Source: Nitrospirota bacterium (lineage in GTDB: Bacteria > Nitrospirota > UBA9217). Taken from it: 64,000 bases of DNA. Below, piece after piece: positions 43,097-53,822 of the stretch (its first letter is position 1; the number at the start of each line of letters is the position of its first letter). The translations under genes and the position numbers were made by a program. The stretch is taken from positions 160,001 to 224,000 of the forward strand of contig CAVVUN010000012.1 of assembly GCA_963751455.1 (NCBI GenBank), in the 5' to 3' direction. The notes beneath the pieces were generated by a model, which worked only from the letters and a program-made list of their open reading frames with translations, searched no databases and was not told the origin of the DNA.

Positions 43097-43356
43097 TGGA
43101 CCTCTTCCCAGGGATTTAGACCAGCTTGATCCATAGACGAATTTCAATTTTCAGGTCTGACCCCGGAGGCCACCCATTCGATGAAGTTGAGGTGTGAACC
43201 GAAGCTTGGGATACAACCCCTGATTCCCATCTCCTGTTCCCTCAAGGAGGATGGATACCTGAATCGAAGCCGACTTTTGACTGAACGCCGGCTTTTTCCC
43301 TTCCTTGCTATTTTCTGCCGGAGACCCTATAATAATTGAAGCGCTTTCCCTCTGTC

Positions 43357-44520
43357 ATGAAAAAAAGCCCGCGCGACTTTCTTCAGAAAGCCTGGATGAC
43401 CCTGTCCGAGGCATCTTCATTCTTCCGGCGGAACAACGACCTGACCGCCTCCTCCTCGCTCGCTTTCTCGGCCACCCTTGCGCTCATCCCCGCCCTGTTC
43501 CTGCTTACGTTCCTGCTCGGCGCAATCGTCGGATCGTCCGCCCGGGCGCTCGCGCAAACGCGTGAGTTCATTACCCAGCTGATTCCCGCGTACAGCCAGG
43601 TGATCCTGAAAGAAGTGGACTTTATCGCCCGCCATAAGCGGGCCATCGGCATGCTGAACCTGTTCGTATTGTTCTGGAGCATTACTCCGCTGGTCGCCGA
43701 TATGCGGGTCTCCGTGGGCGCAATCTTCCGGAAAAGACCGACCAGGCCCTTTCTTCTTGAGAAGCTCTTCGACGCCGCCATCAGCATGGTCTTCCTGGTG
43801 GGGCTCGCTGCGGTTGCCGTCGCTGGCGTGGCGTTCACGATCATAAAACGGATCCAGCCGCTGCGGCAGATGCCCGGCAGCCTCAACGATGTTGCCTTCT
43901 TCGTAGTGGTCATTGGCGTTATCTGCGCCCTCTACTTCACCTTCTCGAAGCGCGCACGGTTCTTCCATCTGCTCGCGGGTGCTCTTGCTGCCTCCCTGCT
44001 GTGGTTTGCGCTCCGCCCGGCCTTTCACCTGTTTCTCACTTTTAACCCGGGTTATGGGTTCGCTTTTGGTTCGTTCAAATCGCTGTTCGTCATCTTCATC
44101 TGGATCTACATCTCGATGGCCCTGTTTCTGTTCGGCGCCGAGATCGCGGCAAGCCTCGGGAGGAACGAGTCGGCCAGCCTCAAGGGTCTTCCGGAAGACA
44201 GCACTGTTCCCCCCGGCGTTCTTTATCGCCGCATTGTCCGTTTCGAAAAAGGGAGCGTTGTTTTCAAGGAGGGGGATCCCGGAAGCGGGATGTTCTGTGT
44301 GCTCAAGGGGAGCGTATCAATCCGCAAAGGCGGGACGGAGATCGAGGTGGTTCCTCAAGGCAAGAGCTTTGGCAGCGTGTCATCCGTCCCGCCGTCTGTT
44401 CATCACGTGACCGCCCTGGCGCTCGAGGACCTGGAGCTGGAACATCTTCAGGGCCAAGTCTTTTTCGTTGCATCATCATCTGTGATGACACAGGAAGCAA
44501 TTTCAAGGAATAAGACTTGA
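43357..44520 (+). CDS. YihY/BrkB-family membrane protein with partial cNMP-binding domain
   Basis: YGFAFGSF and LFLFGAEI, then VFKEGDPGSGMFCVLKGSV. The C-terminus is replaced by a repeat element. Confidence 0.85.
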   Translation: MKKSPRDFLQKAWMTLSEASSFFRRNNDLTASSSLAFSATLALIPALFLLTFLLGAIVGSSARALAQTREFITQLIPAYSQVILKEVDFIARHKRAIGMLNLFVLFWSITPLVADMRVSVGAIFRKRPTRPFLLEKLFDAAISMVFLVGLAAVAVAGVAFTIIKRIQPLRQMPGSLNDVAFFVVVIGVICALYFTFSKRARFFHLLAGALAASLLWFALRPAFHLFLTFNPGYGFAFGSFKSLFVIFIWIYISMALFLFGAEIAASLGRNESASLKGLPEDSTVPPGVLYRRIVRFEKGSVVFKEGDPGSGMFCVLKGSVSIRKGGTEIEVVPQGKSFGSVSSVPPSVHHVTALALEDLELEHLQGQVFFVASSSVMTQEAISRNKT

Positions 44521-44525
44521 CACCC
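44449..44525. repeat. ~75-bp GGGTCAAGTC...GACTTGACCC hairpin element; copies at 53392-53465 and 55164-55237
   Basis: Three near-identical copies with terminal IRs. Confidence 0.8.
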
Positions 44526-44595
44526 CACGCTTCTTCGCTTTTCCCATTCTTATAGGGATCTTTATGAACTCAGAGAAACAAATGAGAACACGCTG

Positions 44596-44808
44596 ATGGA
44601 AGAATTCAAGCTCGAAAACAGCGAATTCATCCAACTGAACAACCTGCTCAAGGTCATCGGGTTGTGCGATTCCGGCGGGATGGCAAATGTTGCGATTGCA
44701 GAAGGCCAGGTCAGGGTCGACAGCAAAGTGGAGCTGCGTAAACGAGCCAAGATCCGCTCGGGGCAGATCGTGGAATTCGAGGGAAGGAAAATTATTGTTC
44801 GATCATAA
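44596..44808 (+). CDS. ybcJ: S4-domain RNA-binding protein (YbcJ-like)
   Basis: FIQLNNLLK..SGGMA..VELRKRAKIRSGQ. Confidence 0.85.
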   Translation: MEEFKLENSEFIQLNNLLKVIGLCDSGGMANVAIAEGQVRVDSKVELRKRAKIRSGQIVEFEGRKIIVRS

Positions 44809-44975
44809 TACAGCATCTAACTTCAAAAAAGTCGCAAGCCCATTTCGGTCACAACGTCTCTCGAAAGTTTGCGCAAGAGTTTGTGAGTGCTGATGTCTAT
44901 TAACATGAGTCTGTTTCGGGACGGGTGGTTATTTTACCTTTTAAAAACTTATGACCTAGGGGCGATTGTGTAATG

Positions 44976-45767
44976 CTACCATCCTCCTGAGGCACCGCCT
45001 CCGCCTCCACCTCCGCCGCCTCCACCACCGAAACTGCCCCCGCCAAATCCTCCAAATCCACCGCCGCCAAATCCGCCGCTTCCGAAATCACCATTACCTC
45101 CACCGATCCATACTTCTCTTAATTTCTTTTTGTTTTTTTCGACAGGGCAACGAACAAAAATAAATATAAATGGTATTAATAGCAAAATCATGAACAAAGT
45201 ACCTATTATATTTATTTGCGATTCATCGCCCGGGTGATAACCTGTAATAGGAATAGCAATAGGTGTTTTTCCGCCCGGTTGGTTTAATATTGTCATGCTC
45301 AAAGCCTGTATCGCTTGAGATATTCCGATGCTATAGTCCCCCTTTTTAAAGTTAGGAACCAGGTACACTCTTCCGAACGTTCCTACAACACTGTCCGGCA
45401 ATACACTTTCAAGCCCGTACCCGACCTCGAATCGATATTTCCTGTCTTTTACAGAAACAACGATAAGGACTCCGTTGTCCTTGCCCTTTTGTCCCAGTTT
45501 CCATTTTTCTTTTGTATTGAATGCGAACTCCTCAATGCTCTGACCATCCAGGCTCCGGACTGTAAGAACGAGCACTTGTGCAGTGGTGCTGCGTTCAAGA
45601 TCCTGGAGCGATGTATTAAGTTGATGACGAGCATCGTTTGTAAAGATTCCGGCAAGGTCTACTATGTAATCACGTGGCACTTGGGGAGGTTGCGGAGTCG
45701 AGGCACTGGCGTGAAAAACAATGACAGTTGCGAGGATAAGCGCAGATAGGGCTAGTCTTTTAAACAT
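44976..45767 (-). CDS. TPM-domain protein (YgcG-like)
   Basis: WKLGQKGKDNGVL, EVGYGLE and a Gly-rich GGASGGW tail. Confidence 0.92.
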   Translation of the reverse strand: MFKRLALSALILATVIVFHASASTPQPPQVPRDYIVDLAGIFTNDARHQLNTSLQDLERSTTAQVLVLTVRSLDGQSIEEFAFNTKEKWKLGQKGKDNGVLIVVSVKDRKYRFEVGYGLESVLPDSVVGTFGRVYLVPNFKKGDYSIGISQAIQALSMTILNQPGGKTPIAIPITGYHPGDESQINIIGTLFMILLLIPFIFIFVRCPVEKNKKKLREVWIGGGNGDFGSGGFGGGGFGGFGGGSFGGGGGGGGGGGGASGGW

Positions 45768-46506
45768 GGAGATCGTCAATGATTTTTTCAACGGATTCCA
45801 GCACGCTATAATATTCTTCAAATAAGGAAAGCAGCTCTTGTTCGGTGGGCTTAATAGTTCCGGCCTTGAGCATAAGAAGTTTTTTGAAGATGTCGGTTTC
45901 TATTCCAGTCGCAACTCCGAGCGCGTTTATCACATCGTTTCTCGGTATGGACGGTTCCTTGCCGAGTAGAAAGACGATCGCCCTGAAAAGGGCCATAGTA
46001 CCCGTGATGGACCTGACAAGACCTCCGGCCAGATGTTCCTTCTGACCGAATGAGGAAAGGTATCCTTGCCGTAATCCGAAAAGCTTTGTCTTAATATCTC
46101 GCTCGCATTGCAGACGGAGAGATTGCTTCTCAATCTTTATATTGCTGAAAACATCTTCGCCATAGATTGTTTTGTGCATCAGTTTGAAGTCGAGAAATTC
46201 AACAGGGAATGCGTCAATGGATTTTTGGATGTACTCCGTGGTCATCAGAAGTGGTGCAGCGATCCGCTTCTTTGCGTATTTTTTTCCGAGCGGCGCAAGA
46301 AACGCAATAAACTTCAGGTCCATATTTTGAAGGATAACTACTGAATTGATGTCCGACAGTTTTTCATCGTAGTCGGGCATCACAGCGCTGCCGACAATAT
46401 GCATGGAATGAACGTTCTGCGGATACTCTTGGGTGATCTCTTCCACCATCGACGCTATTTTGTCAGCAATGGATGGAACTAGCCCGGAAAAGATTGGTTT
46501 TGCCAT
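45760..46506 (-). CDS. Nucleotidyltransferase-like protein (LemA/TPM-operon associated)
   Basis: GSAV..SDIN, DAFPVEFLD and LRLQCE motifs. Confidence 0.75.
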   Translation of the reverse strand: MAKPIFSGLVPSIADKIASMVEEITQEYPQNVHSMHIVGSAVMPDYDEKLSDINSVVILQNMDLKFIAFLAPLGKKYAKKRIAAPLLMTTEYIQKSIDAFPVEFLDFKLMHKTIYGEDVFSNIKIEKQSLRLQCERDIKTKLFGLRQGYLSSFGQKEHLAGGLVRSITGTMALFRAIVFLLGKEPSIPRNDVINALGVATGIETDIFKKLLMLKAGTIKPTEQELLSLFEEYYSVLESVEKIIDDLHV

Positions 46507-46753
46507 AGTGTGTCCTATTATATTCACAGGAAGATTTCACTATCAGAAAGCGATACGCAACGGGTGCAACAACGTCCCCTTCGGGGTTCTTGACGGTTCC
46601 GGCTGAAATCTTAGTGGACGAAGACGGTTGAGCTATCTCCGGTTGCTGTTGCTCCCGTCAGCGGATGAAGGGACTAAACTGTTACCTTTCCGCACGTTCA
46701 AGCAAAGGCAAGTACACTTCGGACGGAATGTCCCCACGATGCTGAGGTAATAA

Positions 46754-49700
46754 TTAGTGTTCCAAAACAATTCGAATAGTTCTTAGTAGCTCTTCCATTT
46801 TAAATGGTTTCTGTAAAAAGTGAGAACAGTACTGCTTCCAAAGGATTTTGTCATGTTCAACATCATATGCACTCATTAGAATGATCTTTGCATTCTTGTT
46901 AACTTTCGAAATTCTCTGTGCTGTTTCAGGTCCACTAAGTTTCGGCATTAACATGTCCATAATGACAATATCTATATCCGTTGCTCGACTGTATTTTTCA
47001 AGTGCCTCTACGCCATCATACGCGGATACTATTTTATAGCCTAAATTAGACAAAGTAGCTACTATCATCTCATGCAATACGGCTTCATCTTCAACGACAA
47101 GAATTTTCTCTGATCCTGAAAGAGGTTGATTTATATCGACTTCAAGACTCTCTTTTGAAGACAATACTTGAGCTTTGGGAAAGTAAATCTGAAATGTAGT
47201 ACCCTTACTAAGTTCACTAATGACGTTGACGAAGCCGCCCAAACTTTTCATTATCCCATAGACTATAGATAAGCCCAATCCTGTGCCTTTACCGACATCC
47301 TTCGTTGTAAAAAAAGGTTCGAATATCTTTGATGAAACTGACCGATTCATTCCGATGCCTGTATCCGTTACGGATACCATTACGAAATCACCAGGCGGGA
47401 GGGTCGCTCCTTCGACAAGTGCGCTATTGAGCGATTTTAAATTATCCACCGCAATTTCAAACATGCCACCGTTCGGCATAGCATCACGAGCATTCACTGC
47501 CAGATTTAATAGCACTTGTTCAATTTGGGCAATGTCGCCATTTATTGGCCATATATCATCACCCAAATCAGTCTTGATTTTAATAGTTTCAGGGAACACA
47601 CGCGTCAAAAGCTCCATTAACGAGTCGATTATATCTGGAAGATTGACGGTAGTCTGCTCAATACCTCCCCGGTCGAGAGCGCCTTTCCTTGCAAACGCAA
47701 GGAGACTACGTACTAAATTACTTGCACGATCTGTTGTTTCGCTCACCCGCTCAAATATTTGTTTTAAATCTCCTATCTGATCACCAGCGACTTTACTTAA
47801 CGCTAGTGACGTATAACCTGAGATTGTCACAATCAAATTTGAGAAGTCATGTGCAATCCCCCCTGCAAGTTGCCCAACCGCTTCCATCTTTTGAGCTTGA
47901 AGTAGTTGACGTTCCAAATTACGAACTTGATTTTCCTTCTCTTCTCCATACATAATGCTTTTCTCGATTAACTCTTCGTCTGCTCGGCTAAACTTAACTT
48001 GTTGAGCATAATGTAATTTTAGGAAACGAGCTCTTTCGAGTGGAATTAATGTTCTGAGATTATTGCAAATACTTCGTTCATGCTCCATAACTTCAAGGAT
48101 TCGTCTAATCTCTCGCTCTTCATCAGAAATCCAATGATCTATTTGAGGAATCAAATAGTCATGAGTCAATTCGTAAGACGAACCCAGTTGGCCTTGCACA
48201 ACTCTAACGAGACGTTGATATACTAATATGTCGAGAACTGCTTTTATTTGCTCGACCGTAGACATTGGTTCAAGTTGAATTAATAGAGAATCCAAATTGA
48301 GATGTTTTCTTAAACTATCAGGGCTGACGAAACATTTGAGGATTTCACGGGCTACGTCTCTATCAGTATGTCTGAAACTGCTGAGAACATATCCAATGTA
48401 ACTGGATAACAATTTCTCTGCACCACCAAGATCCTTATAAACACCTATGTCGATCTTTTTACACTCGACTGGTAGGGCCTTGAATACAGCAGTGCAGACT
48501 ATCTGAAGCTGAGTCGGCTCGACTCCTTCACGGTCGAGATCAGTTATTACTCCATGAACAAATGAGTCATCACATTGAAGCCCCACAGATTGAGCGGGGC
48601 GTCGGATTGCTACCTCCGCGGAGGATGATTTCAGCGAAGTCAAATGATAGCGATTGTTGAAAACATCAGGGATTATATGAGTTAAGTCGTTTAGACGAAC
48701 GAAATAATCTTCACGAACGGAAAGAAGAACGTGACATTGCACCATTTCATGGTTAATGATTGTTTTTAAAAATTCGCAGATTGGATCAAATGAAGATTGT
48801 TCAAAATCTTTGAACATTTGTTCGACTTGATCAAGCAATAGTACAAATGATTTGCGAGAAAGACGAACTTTATCCAATAAAATATTTGCTGCTTCTTTTG
48901 GCACCGCTACCAACCTATCCAGTGACGTGCTTAGTAATTTGTCACATTCTACAAGAATAGATTCCAATTTTGGATCAGTAAGGCGGCAATAAATAACAGT
49001 ATAGTCGCGGTCAAGGAGTTGGGGAAATACACCTGCTTTAAGTAAAGACGTTTTTCCTACTCCTGACTGCCCAAACAATATTAATAGTTTATGTGCAAGA
49101 AGAGATTGAAGGATAGAAACTGTTTCCTCTTCGCGACCGAAAAAAAGATCCTTATCTTGTACATCGTAATAGTCCAAGAATTTGTAAGGGCATGGATGAA
49201 TAACCGGGGTTTCTGAAGTAGTTGATGTATGTCTTCTCCCTTTTAGGGTATTAACCTCTTTAATCAGCTTTAGTAAAAGTGCCTGTAACTCAGCATAATG
49301 ATTTTTAGATTCGTAAGGAAGTATGGTTATATTATATTTATCTTTGAATAATTTAGGGAGAATTTTCCCGGCGTTTGGAACGAGAGCAAAATGTCTTCTT
49401 CCGAAACCTTTAAAAACTGATACCTGCTCATTTAATATTAAATTCAAATCGGGATCACGAAGCCCATATCCAATAAAAACAAGGGTCTTCATAGTAAAGT
49501 AAGCTGAAAGAGCAGTGCGATATGCAGGATGATGAATAATATCTTGATAGTCGCGATGTGTGAGGATGATTGTATCCACATCATCAACATGACCATGCAT
49601 TTTTAAAATGAAAAATTTCTTGTCGCTTGTCAGTCGTGCAAGTTGTGCAATATTTTTTTGAGTGTAAACTGGGGGAATACCGTTATCCCTGTTTTTCACA

Positions 49701-50077
49701 AAAACCTGCTCCAACAATGTATCATAGTTTGTAGTTAAAATTGCGCTAAAAGGCAGCTGATAAAGCAATTGATGTGTCGCATTTGGTTTTAAAGTTACCG
49801 ATTGAAAGATTCTTTGAATAAAATCTCTGTAGAGAGATTTACCAAGACGTGAACTGCATTCATCCGCCACTTCTGAGAATAAACCATCTTTTAATAGTTC
49901 TCGGAGTTCATCTCCTTCCTGAAATTGAAAAATGTTTTGCTCGCATTCTTTTATTAGTAGCTCAAGAAGTTCCTTCCAAGTGGGTAGGCCCGACGCAACA
50001 GACAGCCCCGAGCCGACCACTGCTACAGCCTCGCCTGAAAACAGAGCATCTAATAAATCTTTAGGAAAGCTTTGCAC
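46754..50077 (-). CDS. SIR2-like domain - STAND (nSTAND1-type) NTPase - histidine kinase - receiver fusion
   Basis: GSGLS/TTNYD/KMHG/FIGYG; GQSGVGKTS/LDQVEQ/YELTHD; AHDFSN/NARDAM/GKGTGLGL; VEDE/DMLMP/KPF. Confidence 0.9.
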   Translation of the reverse strand: MQSFPKDLLDALFSGEAVAVVGSGLSVASGLPTWKELLELLIKECEQNIFQFQEGDELRELLKDGLFSEVADECSSRLGKSLYRDFIQRIFQSVTLKPNATHQLLYQLPFSAILTTNYDTLLEQVFVKNRDNGIPPVYTQKNIAQLARLTSDKKFFILKMHGHVDDVDTIILTHRDYQDIIHHPAYRTALSAYFTMKTLVFIGYGLRDPDLNLILNEQVSVFKGFGRRHFALVPNAGKILPKLFKDKYNITILPYESKNHYAELQALLLKLIKEVNTLKGRRHTSTTSETPVIHPCPYKFLDYYDVQDKDLFFGREEETVSILQSLLAHKLLILFGQSGVGKTSLLKAGVFPQLLDRDYTVIYCRLTDPKLESILVECDKLLSTSLDRLVAVPKEAANILLDKVRLSRKSFVLLLDQVEQMFKDFEQSSFDPICEFLKTIINHEMVQCHVLLSVREDYFVRLNDLTHIIPDVFNNRYHLTSLKSSSAEVAIRRPAQSVGLQCDDSFVHGVITDLDREGVEPTQLQIVCTAVFKALPVECKKIDIGVYKDLGGAEKLLSSYIGYVLSSFRHTDRDVAREILKCFVSPDSLRKHLNLDSLLIQLEPMSTVEQIKAVLDILVYQRLVRVVQGQLGSSYELTHDYLIPQIDHWISDEEREIRRILEVMEHERSICNNLRTLIPLERARFLKLHYAQQVKFSRADEELIEKSIMYGEEKENQVRNLERQLLQAQKMEAVGQLAGGIAHDFSNLIVTISGYTSLALSKVAGDQIGDLKQIFERVSETTDRASNLVRSLLAFARKGALDRGGIEQTTVNLPDIIDSLMELLTRVFPETIKIKTDLGDDIWPINGDIAQIEQVLLNLAVNARDAMPNGGMFEIAVDNLKSLNSALVEGATLPPGDFVMVSVTDTGIGMNRSVSSKIFEPFFTTKDVGKGTGLGLSIVYGIMKSLGGFVNVISELSKGTTFQIYFPKAQVLSSKESLEVDINQPLSGSEKILVVEDEAVLHEMIVATLSNLGYKIVSAYDGVEALEKYSRATDIDIVIMDMLMPKLSGPETAQRISKVNKNAKIILMSAYDVEHDKILWKQYCSHFLQKPFKMEELLRTIRIVLEH

Positions 50078-50458
50078 TTTTTGGCCTCAAATTAAAAGGT
50101 AATTCACTTTGTCATGTGGGGTCAAATCATATGACAAGTATTATTGTATGGGAGGTTTTGGCGGATGGGATAACTTCTCAATGTTGTTCTCCCGAGACTT
50201 TGCGCAGGCTAAAGGCGGTTCTCCTGATGAGGCGAGAATAACGTATTTTAAAGTAAGGGGCAAGGGAAAATATAAGGGGGCTTGCACAGTTATTAAAGGA
50301 TTCTGGGTGTTGCGAATATTTGAGCTCACCCATATTCTTCTGACCCTACATTCAAGGCGAAGATCGGGCCGAGATGCCGCCAGGAGACAGTAGAGTACGA
50401 GGACTCTTGAGAGTCAGTCAAGTCTTTCTCCGTGCATTTGCATATCGGCCATTTCAGA

Positions 50459-51178
50459 TCAAATGTTCGCTTGTAAGGTAATGAAATCTTCATCCAAATT
50501 TAATTTGTTCCTAAATTGCTTAACTCGGTTGGGCATGCCCGACAAATCTGAAAAAGTATCGATAAACTGGATTGCTGTCTCAACACCCCACTTGGCACAA
50601 GAATAACTCATGCATTTCATAGAAATTAAGTGTGCACCTTCATCGGCAAAAGGGCTACACTTAAATCTTGAAAGTATATCCTTTAATTCAATTCGTTTAT
50701 CTTCAGGCTCAAAATCCCAGTTTGGCTTAAAATGAGTTAATTCGTTTCTTATTATTATCAGACAATTGGCATCCTTATAAACCTGCTCCTTCTCAAAATC
50801 GTTATTAATATTCATAATGTTCAACGCCTTAAGATATTTTTTTAGAAGTGGCATAGCTTCTATTCCATTCCGGCCCCAGAATTTTTTATCGTAATTCTCA
50901 GTCTTTCCTCTTAACAGGCCGCCATGGTCAATGAATAATTCATTTATGTTAGCTTCGAGTGCAGCGGTAGATGCCATTATGGAAGCGCTTGCGTATGATC
51001 TAATCTCAGTAAAAAACTCACCGAATGGCTGTCCCAAGTTCTCGTGCTCAATTACTCCCACTCTGCGAGCAAAGAGCACTGCCGATATTAAGTGTTGTAA
51101 GATGAAGCTGCTGATAGAACGGCCATGAGCTTCTACTTTGAGCATCGGACGCACTGAATTAATATTCATTTTTTCCAT
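50459..51178 (-). CDS. Putative HEPN-like protein
   Basis: ALEANIN and RNELTH (Rx4H) motif; AT-rich. Confidence 0.55.
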   Translation of the reverse strand: MEKMNINSVRPMLKVEAHGRSISSFILQHLISAVLFARRVGVIEHENLGQPFGEFFTEIRSYASASIMASTAALEANINELFIDHGGLLRGKTENYDKKFWGRNGIEAMPLLKKYLKALNIMNINNDFEKEQVYKDANCLIIIRNELTHFKPNWDFEPEDKRIELKDILSRFKCSPFADEGAHLISMKCMSYSCAKWGVETAIQFIDTFSDLSGMPNRVKQFRNKLNLDEDFITLQANI

Positions 51179-51247
51179 TTGATCCTTGCGTTGTAACGAA
51201 GGGCGACAACTTTCGTTGATACGCGAAATGCTTTCCCCTTTTTCGCT

Positions 51248-51988
51248 TTACTGCACCTGCGGCGAAGCAGGCTGGATAACTTCATCTTTCGGTTTTGGCT
51301 TTGCTTTTCTTTTTCTCGTGATCTTTACATCACCGATATCTTCCCAGGTTTCCTTAGAGATCATCTTCCTGATGTTATCCACCAATTCCTGCTCATCCAC
51401 TCTGATGCCGTGACTATTTTTTAAGCACGCCCGAATTACTTTTAACGTACTTTCATGAAATACGGCACGGACGATACTCCTTGGCGAAAGAGTTTTTACT
51501 TTTTCATAAAATTGTTCTATCTCTCCCTTCAGAACGCTTTTCCTATGCAGGATTCCCAGTACCTGTGCAGCCTCTTTAATATCGCACTCTTTAAGATCGA
51601 CTGACAGAACGAGATCACTCTGTATCCCTTCATCAAAACTTAAATGGTAAAGCTGCCAATAAATACCGTTCGTTAATAAGACCCATGGAACTCCTGAATT
51701 GGCTGCATAGTTTTCTGCTTGTTCTATATGTTTTTCTTTCAAAGCTATTCCGGCTTGCTTAATTTCAATGAAAAATTTCACTTTCCCGTTAAGCTTGATC
51801 GCATAGTCTACATTTCTTTCCTTAACGACATGCTCTCTCGATATTTCAGTAAACACATCGTAACCCAAAACATCTTCGAAAAATTTATTAATACGTGTTG
51901 AGGTCTCCGCTTCATTAATGCCTTGATCGTGCGCTTGTTGAAAGATCGGCAGAAATTTTTTCAAGTCCTTCAAAATATCGATAGGCAT
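51248..51988 (-). CDS. Type I restriction enzyme HsdR N-terminal-like PD-(D/E)xK nuclease
   Basis: NEAET, LGYD, VDYAI..IEIK, QAENYA and LTNG motifs. Confidence 0.85.
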   Translation of the reverse strand: MPIDILKDLKKFLPIFQQAHDQGINEAETSTRINKFFEDVLGYDVFTEISREHVVKERNVDYAIKLNGKVKFFIEIKQAGIALKEKHIEQAENYAANSGVPWVLLTNGIYWQLYHLSFDEGIQSDLVLSVDLKECDIKEAAQVLGILHRKSVLKGEIEQFYEKVKTLSPRSIVRAVFHESTLKVIRACLKNSHGIRVDEQELVDNIRKMISKETWEDIGDVKITRKRKAKPKPKDEVIQPASPQVQ

Positions 51989-52110
51989 TAGAATACCCCC
52001 TGGTAAAGAAAATTTATTTCTTGTAATCGCAGCAAGTTTGGTAAATTGGTCCTACTCCTACGCGCAATGATCACGCGGGCCTCGCATATTACCTGTACCG
52101 CCAGCCCAAG

Positions 52111-52827
52111 TTACGGTGTCGTTTTTTCTCTCTCTTCTCTCAGAGTCTGCTGCATGGCGCTTGCTACCAAGCCTGCTGGAATGGCAATTACTCCTATTCC
52201 GACAATGAGAACCACGAAAGTAAATATTCTTCCGCCTGCGGTTACGGGATACGCGTCGCCGTAGCCTACTGTTGTTAGTGTTACTACAGCCCACCACATA
52301 CTATGGAAAATCGACTTAAATGCTTCTGGTTGAGCTTCTCGCTCGAAATAATAAATGCCCATTGATGCAAAAAAAATCAGAAATACACAGGCAATGATGA
52401 AAATAATTAACTCTTCTCGTATCATCCCTAAAGCCCGGCCGAATCGTTTAATAGCTTTGCTGTAGCGGAACAACTTTAACAAGCGGAACATTCTAAAAAG
52501 CCGGAGAACGCGAATGGATCGAAGATCAACCCCGGCCGTTACATAGAAAGGAAGCACGGCCAGCAAATCAACCATTCCGTAGAAACTGAAGATGAATCGG
52601 AGTTTCTGCCTGGTCACATAGATGCGAAGCAGGTATTCGATAGAGAAAATTATGACTGTAATTAATTCGAGGTACGCGAGAACTTTACGCGTTGTGGCAG
52701 TAAGATCAGGAAGCGTTTCAATGCAGAAGGAAATGAGCGAGACAATGATGAGCGCCTGTATAAAGAAGGCGAAAGCACGCCCGGCCTTCGTATCGCTCTC
52801 TTCGATTATTTGTCGGAGGTTCATCAC
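52111..52827 (-). CDS. Voltage-gated-type potassium channel (ion transporter)
   Basis: S4 RxLRxxRxxR, WWAVVTLTTVGYGD filter. Confidence 0.95.
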   Translation of the reverse strand: MMNLRQIIEESDTKAGRAFAFFIQALIIVSLISFCIETLPDLTATTRKVLAYLELITVIIFSIEYLLRIYVTRQKLRFIFSFYGMVDLLAVLPFYVTAGVDLRSIRVLRLFRMFRLLKLFRYSKAIKRFGRALGMIREELIIFIIACVFLIFFASMGIYYFEREAQPEAFKSIFHSMWWAVVTLTTVGYGDAYPVTAGGRIFTFVVLIVGIGVIAIPAGLVASAMQQTLREEREKTTP

Positions 52828-53056
52828 ACCTCAATTTGCAGAATTTGACAGCAAACCAGGGGACATTATTGTTATTTTGATAAAATTTCAGAGAACGCTG
52901 CTATCTTTGATGGGTGATCTGATTATATGCTTACGCATGTTGTTGTCAACAAATATGTTGTTTAAGTCTGTATTAAATGGGCGTTGATTTTCGGATTTCG
53001 AATTGCGGATTGCGGAATGTTGGTGAACAGACGGAATTGCGACGAAAGCGGCCTGA

Positions 53057-53375
53057 TTAATCCAGCTTAATGCTTCTCAGCTGTTCCGCAGCATCTTCAG
53101 GGGCGATGGTGTTTACTGACGGGCCTGATCCCATTTCGAACCCTGTCGGGATGTTCGTCCTCGGGCAGATTTCTATGTGCCAATGGAAAAACGAGGTGCT
53201 CCCCGCATATTCTGGACCGTGGGGCACTGAATGGATGAAGAAATTATACTGCGCTCCGCTCAATCTGCTGTTCAGTCTCGCCATGGTCCTTTTGAAAAGA
53301 ACGGCCAGATCTGCAAGGTCCTGATCGCTTGACGAGAGAAAATCAGCGGAGTGTGCAAGCGGCAGAATATGAGCA
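53057..53375 (-). pseudogene. galT: 5'-truncated galactose-1-phosphate uridylyltransferase fragment
   Basis: YNFFIH..HWHIEICPR..GFEMGSG..PEDAAEQL; truncated next to the hairpin repeat. Confidence 0.75.
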
Positions 53376-53563
53376 TCTTCAGAGCATCTTCAGGGTCAAG
53401 TCTTTTTCGTTGCATCATCATCGTTGATGACACCGGAGTCGATTTCAAGGAGAAAGACTTGACCCTGTGCCTCTGCTCCGTTCGCCCTCGGCTTGTCGAA
53501 GGACAAACGGAGGATTTTTTAACAGCGGCAAACGAGTGACCGATATTTTATTTCAATTATCTT

Positions 53564-53749
53564 TCAGGCGCTCTTCGTGCGGGTGCTTTTGTACCGCTCC
53601 AGGCACGGCTCACATACGCCGTCATGCTCGGACCAGCCAGGGAAGTCCCGCTTCATCCGGCTGATTACCAGTTCGTCGGCTGTACGGTGCAGCTCATAAA
53701 GCAACGCAGGAACTTTCTTTTTACACAATGGGCACTGTATCGTCTTCAT
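53564..53749 (-). CDS. Small CxxC...CxxC protein
   Basis: CPLC and CEPC motifs; RBS AAGGA. Confidence 0.6.
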   Translation of the reverse strand: MKTIQCPLCKKKVPALLYELHRTADELVISRMKRDFPGWSEHDGVCEPCLERYKSTRTKSA

Positions 53750-53822
53750 AGCAAAATTCCTTTTCGTTCATTACGACAGATTAAAAAACACTGAATCTCG
53801 ATTCTCCTTTTCAAATCTTTAG

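Noticed and set aside
51188-51225. Integron attC site between the AT-rich genes
   Set aside because: The hairpin is too short, lacks canonical R boxes, is not repeated between other genes, and no integrase is present.
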